From Candidatus Moraniibacteriota bacterium (GTDB taxonomy: Bacteria; Patescibacteriota; Minisyncoccia; Moranbacterales; UBA1568): a DNA stretch of 64,000 nucleotides. Positions 32,687 through 50,854 of the stretch are shown here, piece by piece (the stretch's first letter is position 1; every line of letters starts with the position of its first letter). A program made the position numbers and the translations under genes. The notes beneath the pieces are model-generated. The model was not told the origin of the DNA. It saw only the letters and a list, made by a program, of their open reading frames with translations, and ran no database searches. The stretch is taken from positions 21,067 through 85,066 of the forward strand of contig CAVZUR010000003.1 of assembly GCA_963778555.1 (NCBI GenBank), read 5' to 3'.

Positions 32687-34027
32687 TTAGAACAGTTTTT
32701 TGTAATTGTCCGCCCAATAGAGGACCCCATTGATGTACGGGGCATAGCTCGTACCGAGATAGGAAGCCGCAGCTTTTTTCCACGCACTTCTATTCCCGCT
32801 CGTCACGCCCGGCGTCTTCGAAAGCTTGATGGCCATCGCCATGACGCCATCCGTCAGATTCCACGGATCGGGCGGACTATGCCCAGTCTTAGCCGCCACC
32901 TGCGACTTATAGCCCATCCAGGTATCAGGCATGAACTGGGCCACCCCCATTGCTCCGCCCGTTCCGGTATAACCGCTCGGGTTGCAGGAGACCTTCTTCT
33001 TCTTATAATCATAGCCGAGCTCCTTCGTGATGGATTTAAAGATTTCGCGGCGACGCTGAAAGGTCGCCCAGGAAGTTTTCGAGAGCTTGCCGGATTTATA
33101 GCGCGACTCGGCTCCCTTCTCGACTTCCGCATACGTGCAGCCACCGACATTCTTGCCAAGATTCGTCTCCATCTTCAGCATCCCCATGAGAAAACCTTTC
33201 GGCACACCTGATTTACTACTCGCGAAATTGACCGCCTCTTTGATATCGCCCGCATCATACGATCCACCGATCAGGGCATTCAAGTCGCTCTGCAATTCGT
33301 TCAACTCTTTACTGAGGCGACTAACCGTCTTAGCGACATCCTCAACATCTTCGATCGTCTCTTGCTGGTCGGAGATAAGCGCGCTCTTTTCGATTGCTTT
33401 CTTCTGAAGCAGGGTCTCGTGATCCTCTTTTGCGTCCTCGAGGGACAGTCGCTCCGACTCCGTGTCTGCTCGGGTGAGCGCCAATGACTCAAGGATGGAG
33501 GCTATTTTTTCTTCTACCGTGAGGAGCTTATCAGGATTATTCACGACTTCAGTGAAACGCTCCTCAGCGACGAGAATGCGCGGCAGCGGCCACTCGCCCT
33601 GGTAATACAGTTCGCGCATGAGTCCGGCGATAAACTCTTTTTTCTCCCTGATCTGTTCTTCGAGCAGCGCGATTTCCGCCTCCTTGCGTTCAATCGTATT
33701 CTCAGCCTGCTTAATCTTGATCTGTGTTTCGGCGATAGCGCGCTGTGTCGAAGACAGTGAAGCATTGATGCCGGCTAATTCCGATTCCAATGCCTTTTTC
33801 TTCGCTTCAGCCTGCTTCAACTTTTTTTCAATATCTGAAATATCGTCCTTGATTGCGTCCGGGTCGTCCGCCGCAACAACCGGCGCAACGACACCCGTGA
33901 CGCCTGCTAGCACGCAGAACGAAAAAGCACAGAATACGGAATGGAGACGTTTTATTTTTATGCCCATAAAGCTTATTATACCGCATATGAAAAAAGGCTC
34001 GTCTGAGCCTTTTTTCGATGAAGTCAC
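32687..34027 (-). CDS. Coiled-coil lytic transglycosylase (SLT-domain peptidoglycan hydrolase)
   Basis: N-terminal signal, long coiled coil, C-terminal SLT domain with AMGVAQFMPDTW. The actual start is probably the internal MGIKIKRL. Confidence 0.7.
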   Translation of the reverse strand: MTSSKKGSDEPFFICGIISFMGIKIKRLHSVFCAFSFCVLAGVTGVVAPVVAADDPDAIKDDISDIEKKLKQAEAKKKALESELAGINASLSSTQRAIAETQIKIKQAENTIERKEAEIALLEEQIREKKEFIAGLMRELYYQGEWPLPRILVAEERFTEVVNNPDKLLTVEEKIASILESLALTRADTESERLSLEDAKEDHETLLQKKAIEKSALISDQQETIEDVEDVAKTVSRLSKELNELQSDLNALIGGSYDAGDIKEAVNFASSKSGVPKGFLMGMLKMETNLGKNVGGCTYAEVEKGAESRYKSGKLSKTSWATFQRRREIFKSITKELGYDYKKKKVSCNPSGYTGTGGAMGVAQFMPDTWMGYKSQVAAKTGHSPPDPWNLTDGVMAMAIKLSKTPGVTSGNRSAWKKAAASYLGTSYAPYINGVLYWADNYKKLF

Positions 34028-34032
34028 TGCAG

Positions 34033-35052
34033 CTATTGTGCCGCTTCCACTTCTCTAACTTTCTTCCACACCGCTTTTTCGATTTCTTGGCCTACCTTCG
34101 GGTTCGCCTTGATGAACGCCCGCGCTTGCTCACGGCCGACGCCGATCTTCACTTCTCCGAAACTGTGAGTGTTCCCCTGTTTCTTGATAATTTCGTATTT
34201 CACGCCCGTATCCAGCACATCATCGCTCCACGATATGCCTTCGTTATACATGATGAAAAATGACGTCGTGCGGAAAGGCGGCGCGACCTTGTTCTTCACG
34301 ACCTTCACGTTCACCTGATTGCCGACCACTTCTTCACCCTTCTTCACCTGCGCGCTCCGACGCACTTCGACTCGGACCGAGGAATAGAATTTCAGCGCAT
34401 TGCCGCCCGTCGTCGTCTCGGGATTACCGAACATGACGCCGATCTTCATACGCAGCTGATTGATGAAGATTACAGTGACGTTGGAACGAGAGATGATAGC
34501 GGTCAGCTTGCGGAGCGCCTGACTCATCAGCCGGGCCTGGCGGCCGACATGCTGATCACCCATCTCGCCCTCGATTTCCGCCCGTGGAACGAGTGCTGCG
34601 ACCGAATCGATGACGATGACATCTACGGCATTGGAACGAACGAGTGTTTCAACGATATCCAGCGCCTGCTCGCCAGAATCCGGCTGCGAGATGAGAAGTT
34701 CGTTCACGTTCACACCGATGCGTTTCGCATATTCCGGGTCGAGCGCATGTTCCGCATCGATGAAAGCTGCGACACCGCCCGCTTTCTGGGCGTTGGCGAT
34801 TGTATGCAATGTCAACGTCGTCTTGCCGGATGATTCCGGACCATAGACCTCAACGATACGGCCACGCGGCATCCCTCCGATACCCAGCGCGATATCGAGC
34901 GAGAGCGATCCGGTCGGTATAGCCTCAATGTCAACCTTGCGAACATCGCCCAGCTTCATGATCATGCCCTCGCCGAATTTCCCCTTGATCTCATCGACAA
35001 CGGCGTCGACGCTCTTCCGCACACTCTTCTCCGCTGTTTTTTCCTTGGCCAT
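34033..35052 (-). CDS. recA: Recombinase RecA
   Basis: Walker [11 protein letters not shown]1/L2 loops; 339 aa. Confidence 0.95.
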   Translation of the reverse strand: MAKEKTAEKSVRKSVDAVVDEIKGKFGEGMIMKLGDVRKVDIEAIPTGSLSLDIALGIGGMPRGRIVEVYGPESSGKTTLTLHTIANAQKAGGVAAFIDAEHALDPEYAKRIGVNVNELLISQPDSGEQALDIVETLVRSNAVDVIVIDSVAALVPRAEIEGEMGDQHVGRQARLMSQALRKLTAIISRSNVTVIFINQLRMKIGVMFGNPETTTGGNALKFYSSVRVEVRRSAQVKKGEEVVGNQVNVKVVKNKVAPPFRTTSFFIMYNEGISWSDDVLDTGVKYEIIKKQGNTHSFGEVKIGVGREQARAFIKANPKVGQEIEKAVWKKVREVEAAQ

Positions 35053-35063
35053 ACGGCGTATGA

Positions 35064-36062
35064 TTATGGATTATTGCTTCTCTGGGATGGTTTATTTTCA
35101 GCCGAATAAATTTTTCCACTGACAGCTGCTTCTTCGTTGCCGACGAGTTCCGCTGGGCCACCATCGATGCTGACCGACGTGTGTAGCGCATCGCTGGTGG
35201 AAAGACGGACAGTGTCGGTGAGGCCAGAAAACTTTTCCTCTTTCCCCGACAAGAGCGTCCCGCTATAGAGCACTGTCTCGCCGCTCACGACCGTGATATC
35301 CACTGTACGTCCGGCCGCGCTGATCAGAACCGCGAATCCACCGGGGGATGGTATGCCTCCCGGCCGCTCCGGCACAACTCCAGAAATTGATCGGCTTTCG
35401 ATCGCGACCGTTTCTTCCTTCGTCTTGTCGAACCGATTAGTCGCTCTGACGGTGATGCGATTCAGTCCCGGCTGAAGCACGAGCTGCTCCTCGAAACTGC
35501 CATCGCTGCTGATAAACACTGGATCGCCGTTCAGGGTGACACTCGCACCAGGATCCGTCTTGCCGCGAAGAAGCGTCTCGGCCCCGTCTATTGTAGCACC
35601 CGCGGGCGGGTCGAGAATGGCAAGCCGTGGTTCTGCTACGAAGCTCCGGAATTCGGAGAAGAGATAGAGAAACGTCCCGCCCAGAATGAACGCCAGAAGC
35701 ACAATAATCGCAGTCCGCGGAGTAACAATCCAGGTATTCAGGACCGGATACCGGATTCGCTCCGGCACAGCCTGTTCTCGGCCGAGATTCTCTCGGATAT
35801 TCCGTTCCTTATCGTAAAGCTTGAGGAACGCATCATCATCCAGTCCTAAATGTCGCGCGTAACTCTTGAGAAACCCTCGGACGTAGACTTCTGCCGGAAG
35901 TTTTCCATACTCGCCATTCTCAAGATACTCTAGATATTTCGCCTGAATCCGAGTCGCCTTGGCAATCTCAGCATAGCTCATGCGGTATTGCTGCCGGAGC
36001 TTTTTCAATTTTTCACCCAGAGTGAGCGATTCGACCTTCTTTCTGACAAATCCATCGGGCAT
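35064..36062 (-). CDS. rodZ: RodZ-like cytoskeleton protein (XRE HTH + TM + C-terminal DUF4115-like domain)
   Basis: N-terminal HTH ([25 protein letters not shown]), single TM, periplasmic C-domain. Confidence 0.65.
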   Translation of the reverse strand: MPDGFVRKKVESLTLGEKLKKLRQQYRMSYAEIAKATRIQAKYLEYLENGEYGKLPAEVYVRGFLKSYARHLGLDDDAFLKLYDKERNIRENLGREQAVPERIRYPVLNTWIVTPRTAIIVLLAFILGGTFLYLFSEFRSFVAEPRLAILDPPAGATIDGAETLLRGKTDPGASVTLNGDPVFISSDGSFEEQLVLQPGLNRITVRATNRFDKTKEETVAIESRSISGVVPERPGGIPSPGGFAVLISAAGRTVDITVVSGETVLYSGTLLSGKEEKFSGLTDTVRLSTSDALHTSVSIDGGPAELVGNEEAAVSGKIYSAENKPSQRSNNP

Positions 36063-36171
36063 AGGTATGAGAGAAGCACAAATAGAGGGCCAGGATACGA
36101 TACCGGTGGCAAAAGGTCAAACAGGAGCGCGATCGGCTGGATCGGCGCCACTCCCGATTATCTGATCCGCA

Positions 36172-38539
36172 CTACATCTGCCACTTGTCGCGAGCTGATT
36201 GATCCGCGAGCGGATCATCACCGTACTGCTTCCCTTCTTCAAGGGTCTTTTGGAGAACCTCGCGTTTTTTGTTCACCTCGGGTCCGACCACACCGCGCTG
36301 CTCCAAGGTCTGCATCACGCGCGCCGCTTTGGGATAGCCTATTTTGAGAAATGTCTGGAGGTATGTCGTCGATGCCCGCTGCGTTTCCACAACAAGCTTC
36401 TTGGCCGCTTCATAAATCGGATCATGCTCGTCCTCGTCGGAGCTGACACCGTCCAGATCAATCACATTCTCTTCGCCGCCGAAATCATCGCCAATCTCGT
36501 CCATCCCCTTCTCGATTTTCTGTCGCTCAAGGAAACGGACGACCTTGCCGACCTCATCTTCGGAAACGAACACCCCCTGGATGCGCTGAAGATTCGATGT
36601 TTCCGCCGAAGAATACAGCATATCGCCATTCCCCAAGAGCTTCTCCGCGCCACCGGTATCGAGAATGGTCCGTGAATCAACGTTGGACTTCAGCTTGAAA
36701 GAAATGCGTGCCGGCATGTTCGCTTTGATGAGACCCGTGACGACATTTACCTCGGGACGTTGGGTTGCGAGTACGAGATGAATACCAGCTGCACGACCCT
36801 TCTGAGCCAGCAGGATAATCTTGGCCTCTACTTCCTTGCCATGCGCCACCATGAGATCGGCCATCTCATCGATAACGATGACGACCTGGGGCATCGGAAG
36901 CAGCTCTTCCTCGCGGACTTCGCTCGTTTCAGCATCAACAACGCGTTTCTTCTCGCCCCTCGCGAGCTTTTCCCGATATGAAGTAATATCGCGCGACCCG
37001 ATCGCTTCAAGCGACTTGTACCGCCGCTCCATTTCTCCGACCGCCCATTTCAAAGCATTCACCGACTTTGTGATTATCGACGATAACATCCGTCTTCAGG
37101 TGCGGAATCCCTTTATAGAGCGAGAGTTCGACGCGCTTCGGGTCGACAAAGATGAACTTGAGATCCTCGGGAGAATTCTGATACAGGAGAGAGAGGATGA
37201 GCGTGTTGATGCACACGCTCTTGCCCGACCGAGTCGTCCCCGCAATCAGAAGATGCGGCATCCGACCGAGGTCGGCGTAGATCGGACGGCCAGACACATC
37301 TTGGCCAAGAACGATCGTCAGATCGGATTGCCGCTCGCGAAATTCCTTTGATTGGAGGAATTCTCGGAGCCGAACATTCACTTTCGCTTTGTTCGGCACT
37401 TCGATACCGATGAGCGACTTGCCGGGAATCGGTGCTTCAATCCGGATATGCTGCGCGGCGAGGGCGAGGGCAAGATCATTGTAGAGCGGTGTGATGCTCG
37501 AAATCTTCACACCAACCGCCGGTCGGAATGTATACTGCGTCACGGTCGGACCGACTTGGACTTCGCCCGGCTCAACGTCGATATGAAAATGCTTCAGGGT
37601 ACGGATAATGATATCTTTGTTCTGCTCGATATCGCCACCCCCACCTTTCGCATCGGAGGCTGCCAAGAGTTCTAGCGGCGGGAGTTCCCACTGCACGCGC
37701 CGCCGTCGCGGTCGGATGAAAGCGGGAACGAGTACGGTTTCATCGTCGCTTCCTTCGGCGACTGGCGCGGTCTCGATCTTCGTTTCCTCAGCACCGGCAA
37801 AGCGGATATTCTGGATATTTTCTTCATGTGGCACCGGCTCCGCGGCGGGAGTCTTCCCATCCGACGGCGTGACTGATTCCACCAGCGGAACCGCCTCGAG
37901 TGCGGTTGAAAGCGAAAGTGCCGGATCAGATACAAGCGGCGCAGCGCCCTCCGCGACGGCATCCGTCGACCCGATTGATTCTTCAGGTCGGAAACGGACA
38001 ATGAGCGCTTCGAACCAGTGGAGCAGCGAGACATTGAAAGCCGCGATGACGCCCGAAACGAACAGCGTGAAGAGCACCACGAAGGCTGCAATCTTTCCCA
38101 TCACTCCATCGAGCAGACTGGAGAGAAGATAGCCGATGAACCCACCGCCCTCTCCGGCTTGTGCCACCGAGCGCAGCGCTTTGGCCGAATCCCCGAGAAA
38201 GAGATGTGACAGTCCCAGGAAAGAAAAGAAAGCGAACCCGAGCCCGGCATACTTGATCGTATCCGCAAGTGTTGTTTCATGGCGCCGGATGATGGTATAG
38301 CCGATGAGCGGGAGGAGCGGGAGAAGCAGCCACTTGCTCCAGCCGACAGAAAGCCCGACCGCCCGGTCCACCCAGCGGCCGAAAGATCCTGCTTGGTCGA
38401 TGAACGAAAGAAAGAAAAGAACAGCCAGCGCAAAGAGAAAAAGAGCCGCGATACCACGTTTGGCGTCGCTCCCGAGGGCTTTTTTCTTCTCTTTCTCGAG
38501 CGCCGCTTCGGCCGCTTCGATTTTCTTTTTCCGTCCCAT
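36172..38539 (-). CDS. ftsK: DNA translocase FtsK/SpoIIIE, split by a frameshift near 37007-37089
   Basis: N-terminal 4-TM region. Motor domain Walker A GTTRSGKS in ORF 37007..38539. Walker B/gamma domain (VVIVIDEMADLM...winged helix) in ORF 36172..37089. The two ORFs overlap by 83 nt. Confidence 0.85.
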
Positions 38540-38631
38540 ATGGGCTTCAGTATAGCAAATTTAAATTTCCCCCACCAAAACAAGGATGAACCTCAGTTAA
38601 GGGACATTCGATGAAAATCCAAAAAATTCGG

Positions 38632-39021
38632 CTACAGCGTGAACTCCCCCTGCCCACTCTCTTTGAGCCGCACGTTCTCAAGTTCTTTGAATCTTTGGGA
38701 AAAGGCCGTGCCCTTCAGGGCGAGATAGACTTGATACGCCTCATGAATGCCATTGAGTTGGGCCGTCGTACTGGAGAAAAAATCCTCAGCCAGTTTCCCT
38801 TGGTCAACTTTTGGCAATAGCGCGTGCAATTCATTGATGCCTATTTCCGCCTGGGCAGATACTTTCCCCGCGCCCATATCGATCACTCCCCAGGGAGAAT
38901 TCGCATCGGCATGTAAGGCCCGGAGCACCGTCGCGGCCCGATCAAAATTCTCATTCGGCATAGCTCCTAACGAAAACGGATTACCACGTTGATTGTATAC
39001 CAGAAGACGTTTTCTATACAA
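38632..39021 (-). CDS. Hypothetical protein (129 aa)
   Basis: ORF only. Confidence 0.4.
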   Translation of the reverse strand: MYRKRLLVYNQRGNPFSLGAMPNENFDRAATVLRALHADANSPWGVIDMGAGKVSAQAEIGINELHALLPKVDQGKLAEDFFSSTTAQLNGIHEAYQVYLALKGTAFSQRFKELENVRLKESGQGEFTL

Positions 39022-39074
39022 AACACCCCGCGAATACGGGGCATCTTGCAGCCGGCTTTGAAGCGACCTAGAAC

Positions 39075-46138
<7,064 letters not shown>

Positions 46139-46409
46139 AGAAAAACACTCACGCCGCTCCGTCTTGTCCCTGGGAAGACAAGCCGGAAGTAGTGAGGATT
46201 ATGTTATTTACTTGTCCCGCCGGTCGAAAAATCGACTGTATGCATCACCCGAACTTTAAGCTAGTGAGGCCTATCGAAAAACCACTTTCTCCTTGAAAAA
46301 CAGTTTTTCGACAGACCTGTTGCTAGAAATCGAAAACTTTCTCTCGAGTACTGATGAGTCTAGCAAGGCCCGTATTTCCTGTCAAATAGCGAATAAAAAC
46401 CCCGGGGCT

Positions 46410-46745
46410 CTATCTGAGTCTTGGGTCACTTTTTGATTCCTTTTTGTCTGTTTTTGCTTCACTCAACCTTGTGACGAGCTTCCTCACCGCCCAAGTATAT
46501 ACTTTCGCTACCGTTTCGGCAATTTTGACTGAAGTGAAGTTGTCCGAGACCTCAGTTTGGAGCTGGAAATCACCGATATCCCCAGGTTTCAAGCCATTTT
46601 CTGAGAGCAAGGCGTCAATCCCCTCAAAAAGTTGCCGCCCCATATCCCGGCTCTCCGCCCAGCTTTTTTCTGCCACTACTTTCCCGCCCAGTAGGAGAGC
46701 TAGCCGCGAGTCAGTTTTGGTGAGGGTAAGAAAAAACGAATGCAT
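46410..46745 (-). CDS. Short TsaB/YeaZ-like protein (N-terminal domain only, degenerate)
   Basis: 111 aa. Pattern L.L.T.......ALL..GKVVAE......R.....L...ID.LL.E.GL...DI..F.....VS.NFTSVKI matches the TsaB N-terminal ASKHA half, but the GPGSFTG motif is degenerate. Weak call. Confidence 0.35.
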   Translation of the reverse strand: MHSFFLTLTKTDSRLALLLGGKVVAEKSWAESRDMGRQLFEGIDALLSENGLKPGDIGDFQLQTEVSDNFTSVKIAETVAKVYTWAVRKLVTRLSEAKTDKKESKSDPRLR

Positions 46746-46811
46746 ATCGGTTACAATTTCACTATTTATGCCATCAGCATGTGATGCTCTAGATCAATAA
46801 CATTTTGAAAA

Positions 46812-47552
46812 TTACTTGAGCCTTTTCCAGTCGAATTTCCAGGGGTCGGATTTGCGGCCTGGGGCGATGTCGGCATGACCGACGACGGACTTAATCTGGT
46901 AACGACCTTTTATATCGGCGATGAGCGCATTCACTGCGGCATACTGTTGGTCCGTGAAGCCGCTTTCAAGTGTCGCGATGATTTCGATGCCGATGGAGAA
47001 ATCATTCACGTTTTTCCGGCCGTCGGGCATCTTGCTCGTCCCGGCATGATAGGCAATGTTCTGTTCCTCAACCAAGCGCATGATATTCCCGTTTCTATCG
47101 ATGAGATAGTGTGCCCCCACACCATACTGCTCGTACTCGCCAATCGTCTTGTCTACAGAGTATCGGTCGCCCTCACCGGCATTGTAGGAAGAATGCAAAA
47201 CGATCGTGTCGATGGTCCTCGGATTGATCGACGGCCGGAAACCGAAGCGAAGGATTCGCGACTGGATGGAAAGTCTACCTGTCGCACTCGGTTCCGGCGC
47301 CAGGGACACGCTCGGCGGAACGGGGACCGATTCTGCTGGTTGCGCTGCCGGTTCCGGCGCCAGAGTGACCGGAGTGTCCTGTGTGACGACTTCATTTTTT
47401 GTTTCCTGGTCTTTCGGAGTCGTAGCCTCGAACGGAAGCGCCGCATTTTCAAATGTGGTTTCATCCAGTGGGATATCCGACGTCATGCTATACCACAAGC
47501 CAGAGGCCGACACGGCGAGAAAGGAAACTAGGGCGATAAAAAGTCGAGCCAT
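46812..47552 (-). CDS. N-acetylmuramoyl-L-alanine amidase (Amidase_2/PGRP domain) with N-terminal anchor and Pro-rich linker
   Basis: C-terminal IVLHSS...AHYLIDRNGNI...AYHAG...GIEII...GHADIAPGRKSDP amidase_2 motifs. Confidence 0.8.
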   Translation of the reverse strand: MARLFIALVSFLAVSASGLWYSMTSDIPLDETTFENAALPFEATTPKDQETKNEVVTQDTPVTLAPEPAAQPAESVPVPPSVSLAPEPSATGRLSIQSRILRFGFRPSINPRTIDTIVLHSSYNAGEGDRYSVDKTIGEYEQYGVGAHYLIDRNGNIMRLVEEQNIAYHAGTSKMPDGRKNVNDFSIGIEIIATLESGFTDQQYAAVNALIADIKGRYQIKSVVGHADIAPGRKSDPWKFDWKRLK

Positions 47553-47598
47553 ACGTTTGTCTCGATTATACTCCTAAAGAATCGACCTGAATCGTGGC

Positions 47599-47626
47599 AG
47601 AAAAAACGGGGCTGCTGCCCCGTTAA
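47599..47626 (-). terminator. Rho-independent terminator (GGGGCAGCAGCCCCGTTTTTTCT on the minus strand) downstream of the DUF883 gene
   Basis: GC hairpin followed by a T-run when read on the minus strand. Confidence 0.5.
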
Positions 47627-47632
47627 TCCATG

Positions 47633-47869
47633 TCATTTTCCCGATTTTCTCCTGAAGATGAGCGCTCCCGCAGCCCCCAGTGCGGCACCGAGCGAAAGAG
47701 TGATGGCCGCGGCCTGGCGCGGATGCTTCCGCAGATAGCGTTCGACGGCGCCGAGCGTATCAGCTAATCGGTCTTCAACTGCGGTAATTTCGCGGAGCGC
47801 GGAGCGCTTGGCGCGGTCCAGTTCCGTGTCTATCTGCGCTCCCCCGGACTGCCGCTTCACGTCAAACAT
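47633..47869 (-). CDS. DUF883/ElaB-like C-terminally anchored protein
   Basis: 78 aa, coiled N-part and C-terminal TM (AAAITLSLGAALGAAGALIF). Confidence 0.55.
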   Translation of the reverse strand: MFDVKRQSGGAQIDTELDRAKRSALREITAVEDRLADTLGAVERYLRKHPRQAAAITLSLGAALGAAGALIFRRKSGK

Positions 47870-47878
47870 ACTTATCGT

Positions 47879-48271
47879 TCAATCAACTCGGCGCGAGAGA
47901 AGCAGCGCAAAGCCGGTCACGAGGAGAATCAAGAGACCCACGACGAGTTGTCCGACGCCAGGAATTCCCGCAATCTGAGTGATAACCTCGGCGGCGCCGG
48001 AAAAAAGGAACACGATACCGACACCCAGGAGGAGGAGCCCGAACAGACGCTGCACCGCCCGATTGATAACCGATTGGGCCCGGTCTTCAGCAATACTCGA
48101 GATTCGGTCGATGAAGCTTTCGACTGTGCCGAACATACGCTCGACGAAATACGGGATGAAGCTCCAGCGCTCGGGGCCACTCTCTTCTTTACTGATTTTT
48201 TTTGCGTTCTCGGTCATACAATTAGCGACGATTAATCTGCTTGTATCGGTTATCGAGCACTGAGATAGCAT
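47879..48271 (-). CDS. Holin-X-like (holin superfamily III) two-TM membrane protein
   Basis: ~120 aa, two TM helices. Adjacent to a DUF883 gene, as is typical for this family. From memory, unverified. Confidence 0.4.
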   Translation of the reverse strand: MLSQCSITDTSRLIVANCMTENAKKISKEESGPERWSFIPYFVERMFGTVESFIDRISSIAEDRAQSVINRAVQRLFGLLLLGVGIVFLFSGAAEVITQIAGIPGVGQLVVGLLILLVTGFALLLSRRVD

Positions 48272-49605
48272 CGTTCACCGTCCGTTCACCGCGCACCACC
48301 ACATTGATGGCATCGACCAAAAGACTCTCCACTTGCTCCGTATTGCCCGGTTTCCAACTCTTGGCGATGAGATTGCCCGACGCGAAAGATCCAAGCACAA
48401 CATCGCCCTTCTGCGCCTCGATGAGGTCACGCCGTGCCGCCGGCTTCTTCGTCATTTCCAGGTACTTCTTGGCTGGATCGAAGGGAATCGTGGCCTCCAT
48501 CATCTGTCCCGAAAGCGCGTTCGCCAGACTGATCGTCTTACTCGGATGAGGGAGGGTCAGATAGGAGAAAAGCTGCCATGCCTCGTGGACACGAACCTTC
48601 TGATACGTTTCGGCCGAGAGGACCAGTTCCGGCTTAGTTGAATTGGCCACTACCTGCGTCTTGTTCTTGGTCACGGCGTAGCCCCAGTAATTGGCAAAAT
48701 TAACCGGGGGCTGGTCTTTGAACTGCGGGATAGGCGCGACGGCGAAATTCAGTTTGGCATTCTTCTGCTTGATCGTCGGGTAATGGTAGGAATAGTTGAT
48801 CATCATGCCGAGCGTCCCCTCATAGAAGGCGTCGATGGAGATAATGCTGGCGCTGATTCCAGGTATAGAGCGGGAGACCGAGGCGAGAGAAACTTGTGTA
48901 GAACTCGAGTGCCCGATGGTCCGACTGATCATTGAAATTGGCATCAGTAATCGTCCCACCGTACTGCATGATGAGGTTGAGGAGAATATCTGAAGAGCGG
49001 TTCACGTTATCTCCCGCGCCAAGTGCGACGGCCGCCTGATTGATATTGCCAAATTCATCGATCCGTTTGAGGAGTGGCACCATGGCGACAAGCTCCTCCC
49101 ACGTCTTGGGCGGAGCGGCAATGCCGGCCGCATTGAAGATATCGCGGTTGTAATACAGAGCGAGCGAATCCACTGAAAGCGGCACTGCCATGACCCGCTT
49201 GTCTTTATCGACAAAATCATCCGCAACGACATCGACGAACACATCCCGAATGGTCTTTTCGGTCATGATTTCTGGCGGCGCAGCGACGGCCTTGTCAGCA
49301 AAACTGGTGAGCCAGGTATTCTGCATCATGAAGATATCTGGGCCATTGCCCGCAGCCATGGCATTCAGTAGGTCCTCTTTATACGTTTCGGGCGTGACCT
49401 TCCGATACTTGATGTCTTTGACGTGGGAATTCATTTTCTTGTAGTCATTGACGGACTGGTTGAAGGCGTCCGAATCATCAAAAGTACCCCAAACTTCGAG
49501 GGTGAGCTCATAAGGTGTGACGGCCGCCTCGCCGCAGCCCGAAAGCATCAGCAGCGTGGCACTGAGGAGACCGATCGAAAGCAAATGTGAGCGACGTCGA
49601 GGCAT
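48222..49605 (-). CDS. ABC transporter extracellular solute-binding lipoprotein (family 1, sugar-type), split by a frameshift near 48820-48960
   Basis: Lipobox LSGC near the N-terminus. Two overlapping ORFs (261 + 245 aa) together make a ~450-aa SBP. Confidence 0.7.
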
Positions 49606-49607
49606 AG

Positions 49608-50159
49608 TTATTTTTTCTTTTCAACAAGAAACGCGTAGTGGAAGCCGCCGACCGATGGCTCTTCGACGATTGCCAGCCCGGCCGCATCAATGAGCACTTT
49701 CATTTCCTTCGGCTTGATCCGAAGTTCGCGCTCCGGTCCAACAATCGCTTCGCTCGGATCCCACTCTACGATGAGCGCTCGGCCCGCCGGTTTCAAGATC
49801 CGCACCACTTCGCGCAAAATGACGGCCTTGTCCTTATTCTGCATGAGCACGTCCTTGACCACGACCCAGTCAACCGACTCGGCGCCCAAGCCCGATCCAT
49901 TTGCCCGTTCCAGATTGCAGCGCTGCGCGACGATATTGGTCAGGCCCATGACTTTCGCGCGGCCCGTAATCGCCTCAAGCGCTGATGGCAGAACATCAAG
50001 CGCATAGACGGTCCCTTCAGGTCCCACGGCCTGGGCAAATTCGAAGGAAAAATAGCCGGAACCGGCGCCGAAGTCCGCGACCGTATCACCAGTGCCGACC
50101 GAGAGCATGCGGATGACGGTCCGTGGTTCGACGAATGTCAGTCCTTTGGGTGCATCCAT
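49608..50159 (-). CDS. Class I SAM-dependent methyltransferase
   Basis: Motif I VADFGAGSGYF, motif post-I, ~185 aa from MDAPKG. Confidence 0.75.
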   Translation of the reverse strand: MDAPKGLTFVEPRTVIRMLSVGTGDTVADFGAGSGYFSFEFAQAVGPEGTVYALDVLPSALEAITGRAKVMGLTNIVAQRCNLERANGSGLGAESVDWVVVKDVLMQNKDKAVILREVVRILKPAGRALIVEWDPSEAIVGPERELRIKPKEMKVLIDAAGLAIVEEPSVGGFHYAFLVEKKK

Positions 50160-50270
50160 GGAGTTTTGTTTACTGTTTAATTGTACAATGAAGCAGGCGA
50201 GTCTCCAACGGGGAGCAGGTAGAACCAGTTGCCCCAAGCGCATTCTTTCGCTACACTGTGCTCGTCACAA

Positions 50271-50345
50271 AGGAAAGGTGGCTGAGTGGGCACCCTGCGA
50301 GGGAGCGAGCATGGAGTGGGTTTCGATGGAAACCCCGAAAGCACA
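50271..50345 (+). other. tRNA-Ser-like degenerate fragment (5' half GGAAAGGTGGCTGAGTGG matches the downstream tRNA-Ser; cannot form an acceptor stem)
   Basis: Sequence similarity to the first ~18 nt of tRNA-Ser at 50385. Non-canonical T-arm-like hairpin GGGTTTCGATGGAAACCC. Confidence 0.3.
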
Positions 50346-50384
50346 AGGATAACAGTTTTTGAGACAGTCTAATCTGACAAACAC

Positions 50385-50471
50385 GGAAAGGTGGCCGAGT
50401 GGTTTAAGGTACTTGCTTGGAAAGCAAGCGTACGAGCAATCGTACCGGGGGTTCGAATCCCCCCCTTTCCG
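50385..50471 (+). tRNA. tRNA-Ser (anticodon GGA)
   Basis: Acceptor GGAAAGG/CCTTTCC, anticodon stem CTTGC/GCAAG with loop TTGGAAA, long variable arm, T-arm GGGGGTTCGAATCCCCC. Confidence 0.85.
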
Positions 50472-50800
50472 CCCTAACAAATTTTCGGGCCTATCGGCTC
50501 GGGAATTTTTTTTGAGGGATGAAAGGAAGGAAGCCAACCGCTTGGCTTCCGTGGGGGTTCGAAAGGCGGAGCGTTGCCGAATGAACACATGAGGCCGCGA
50601 GCCAGGGTCGGGGAAATTGGTGAGCGACGGCGAGCCCATTATCCCTGACCGAATCACCCCTCACTTGTATTTTTTTGGCTGAGGGGTAAGGGTGGGGATG
50701 AGAAAGCCGGACCGACCCGTCAGTAGACGGCGAGGGAGGTAGGGTCGCGACCCCGGGCGAGGGTTTTGACCTGAACGACCATGGGTTGTGACTGATCTTT

Positions 50801-50824
50801 TTTCTCCACTAACAAAAACCCCGC
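50801..50824 (-). terminator. Rho-independent terminator for the 50855..51517 gene (CCCCGCGTAGGCGGGG + TTTTTGTT on the minus strand)
   Basis: GC-rich hairpin plus U-tract immediately 3' of the gene. Confidence 0.5.
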
Positions 50825-50854
50825 CTACGCGGGGCTTTATCGATGTAATCCTGC

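Noticed and set aside
36172-38539. Treating ftsK as two independent genes
   Set aside because: The 83-nt overlap and the Walker A/Walker B split across the junction indicate a single frameshifted gene rather than two CDSs. The same reasoning was applied to comEC, the solute-binding protein gene and cca.
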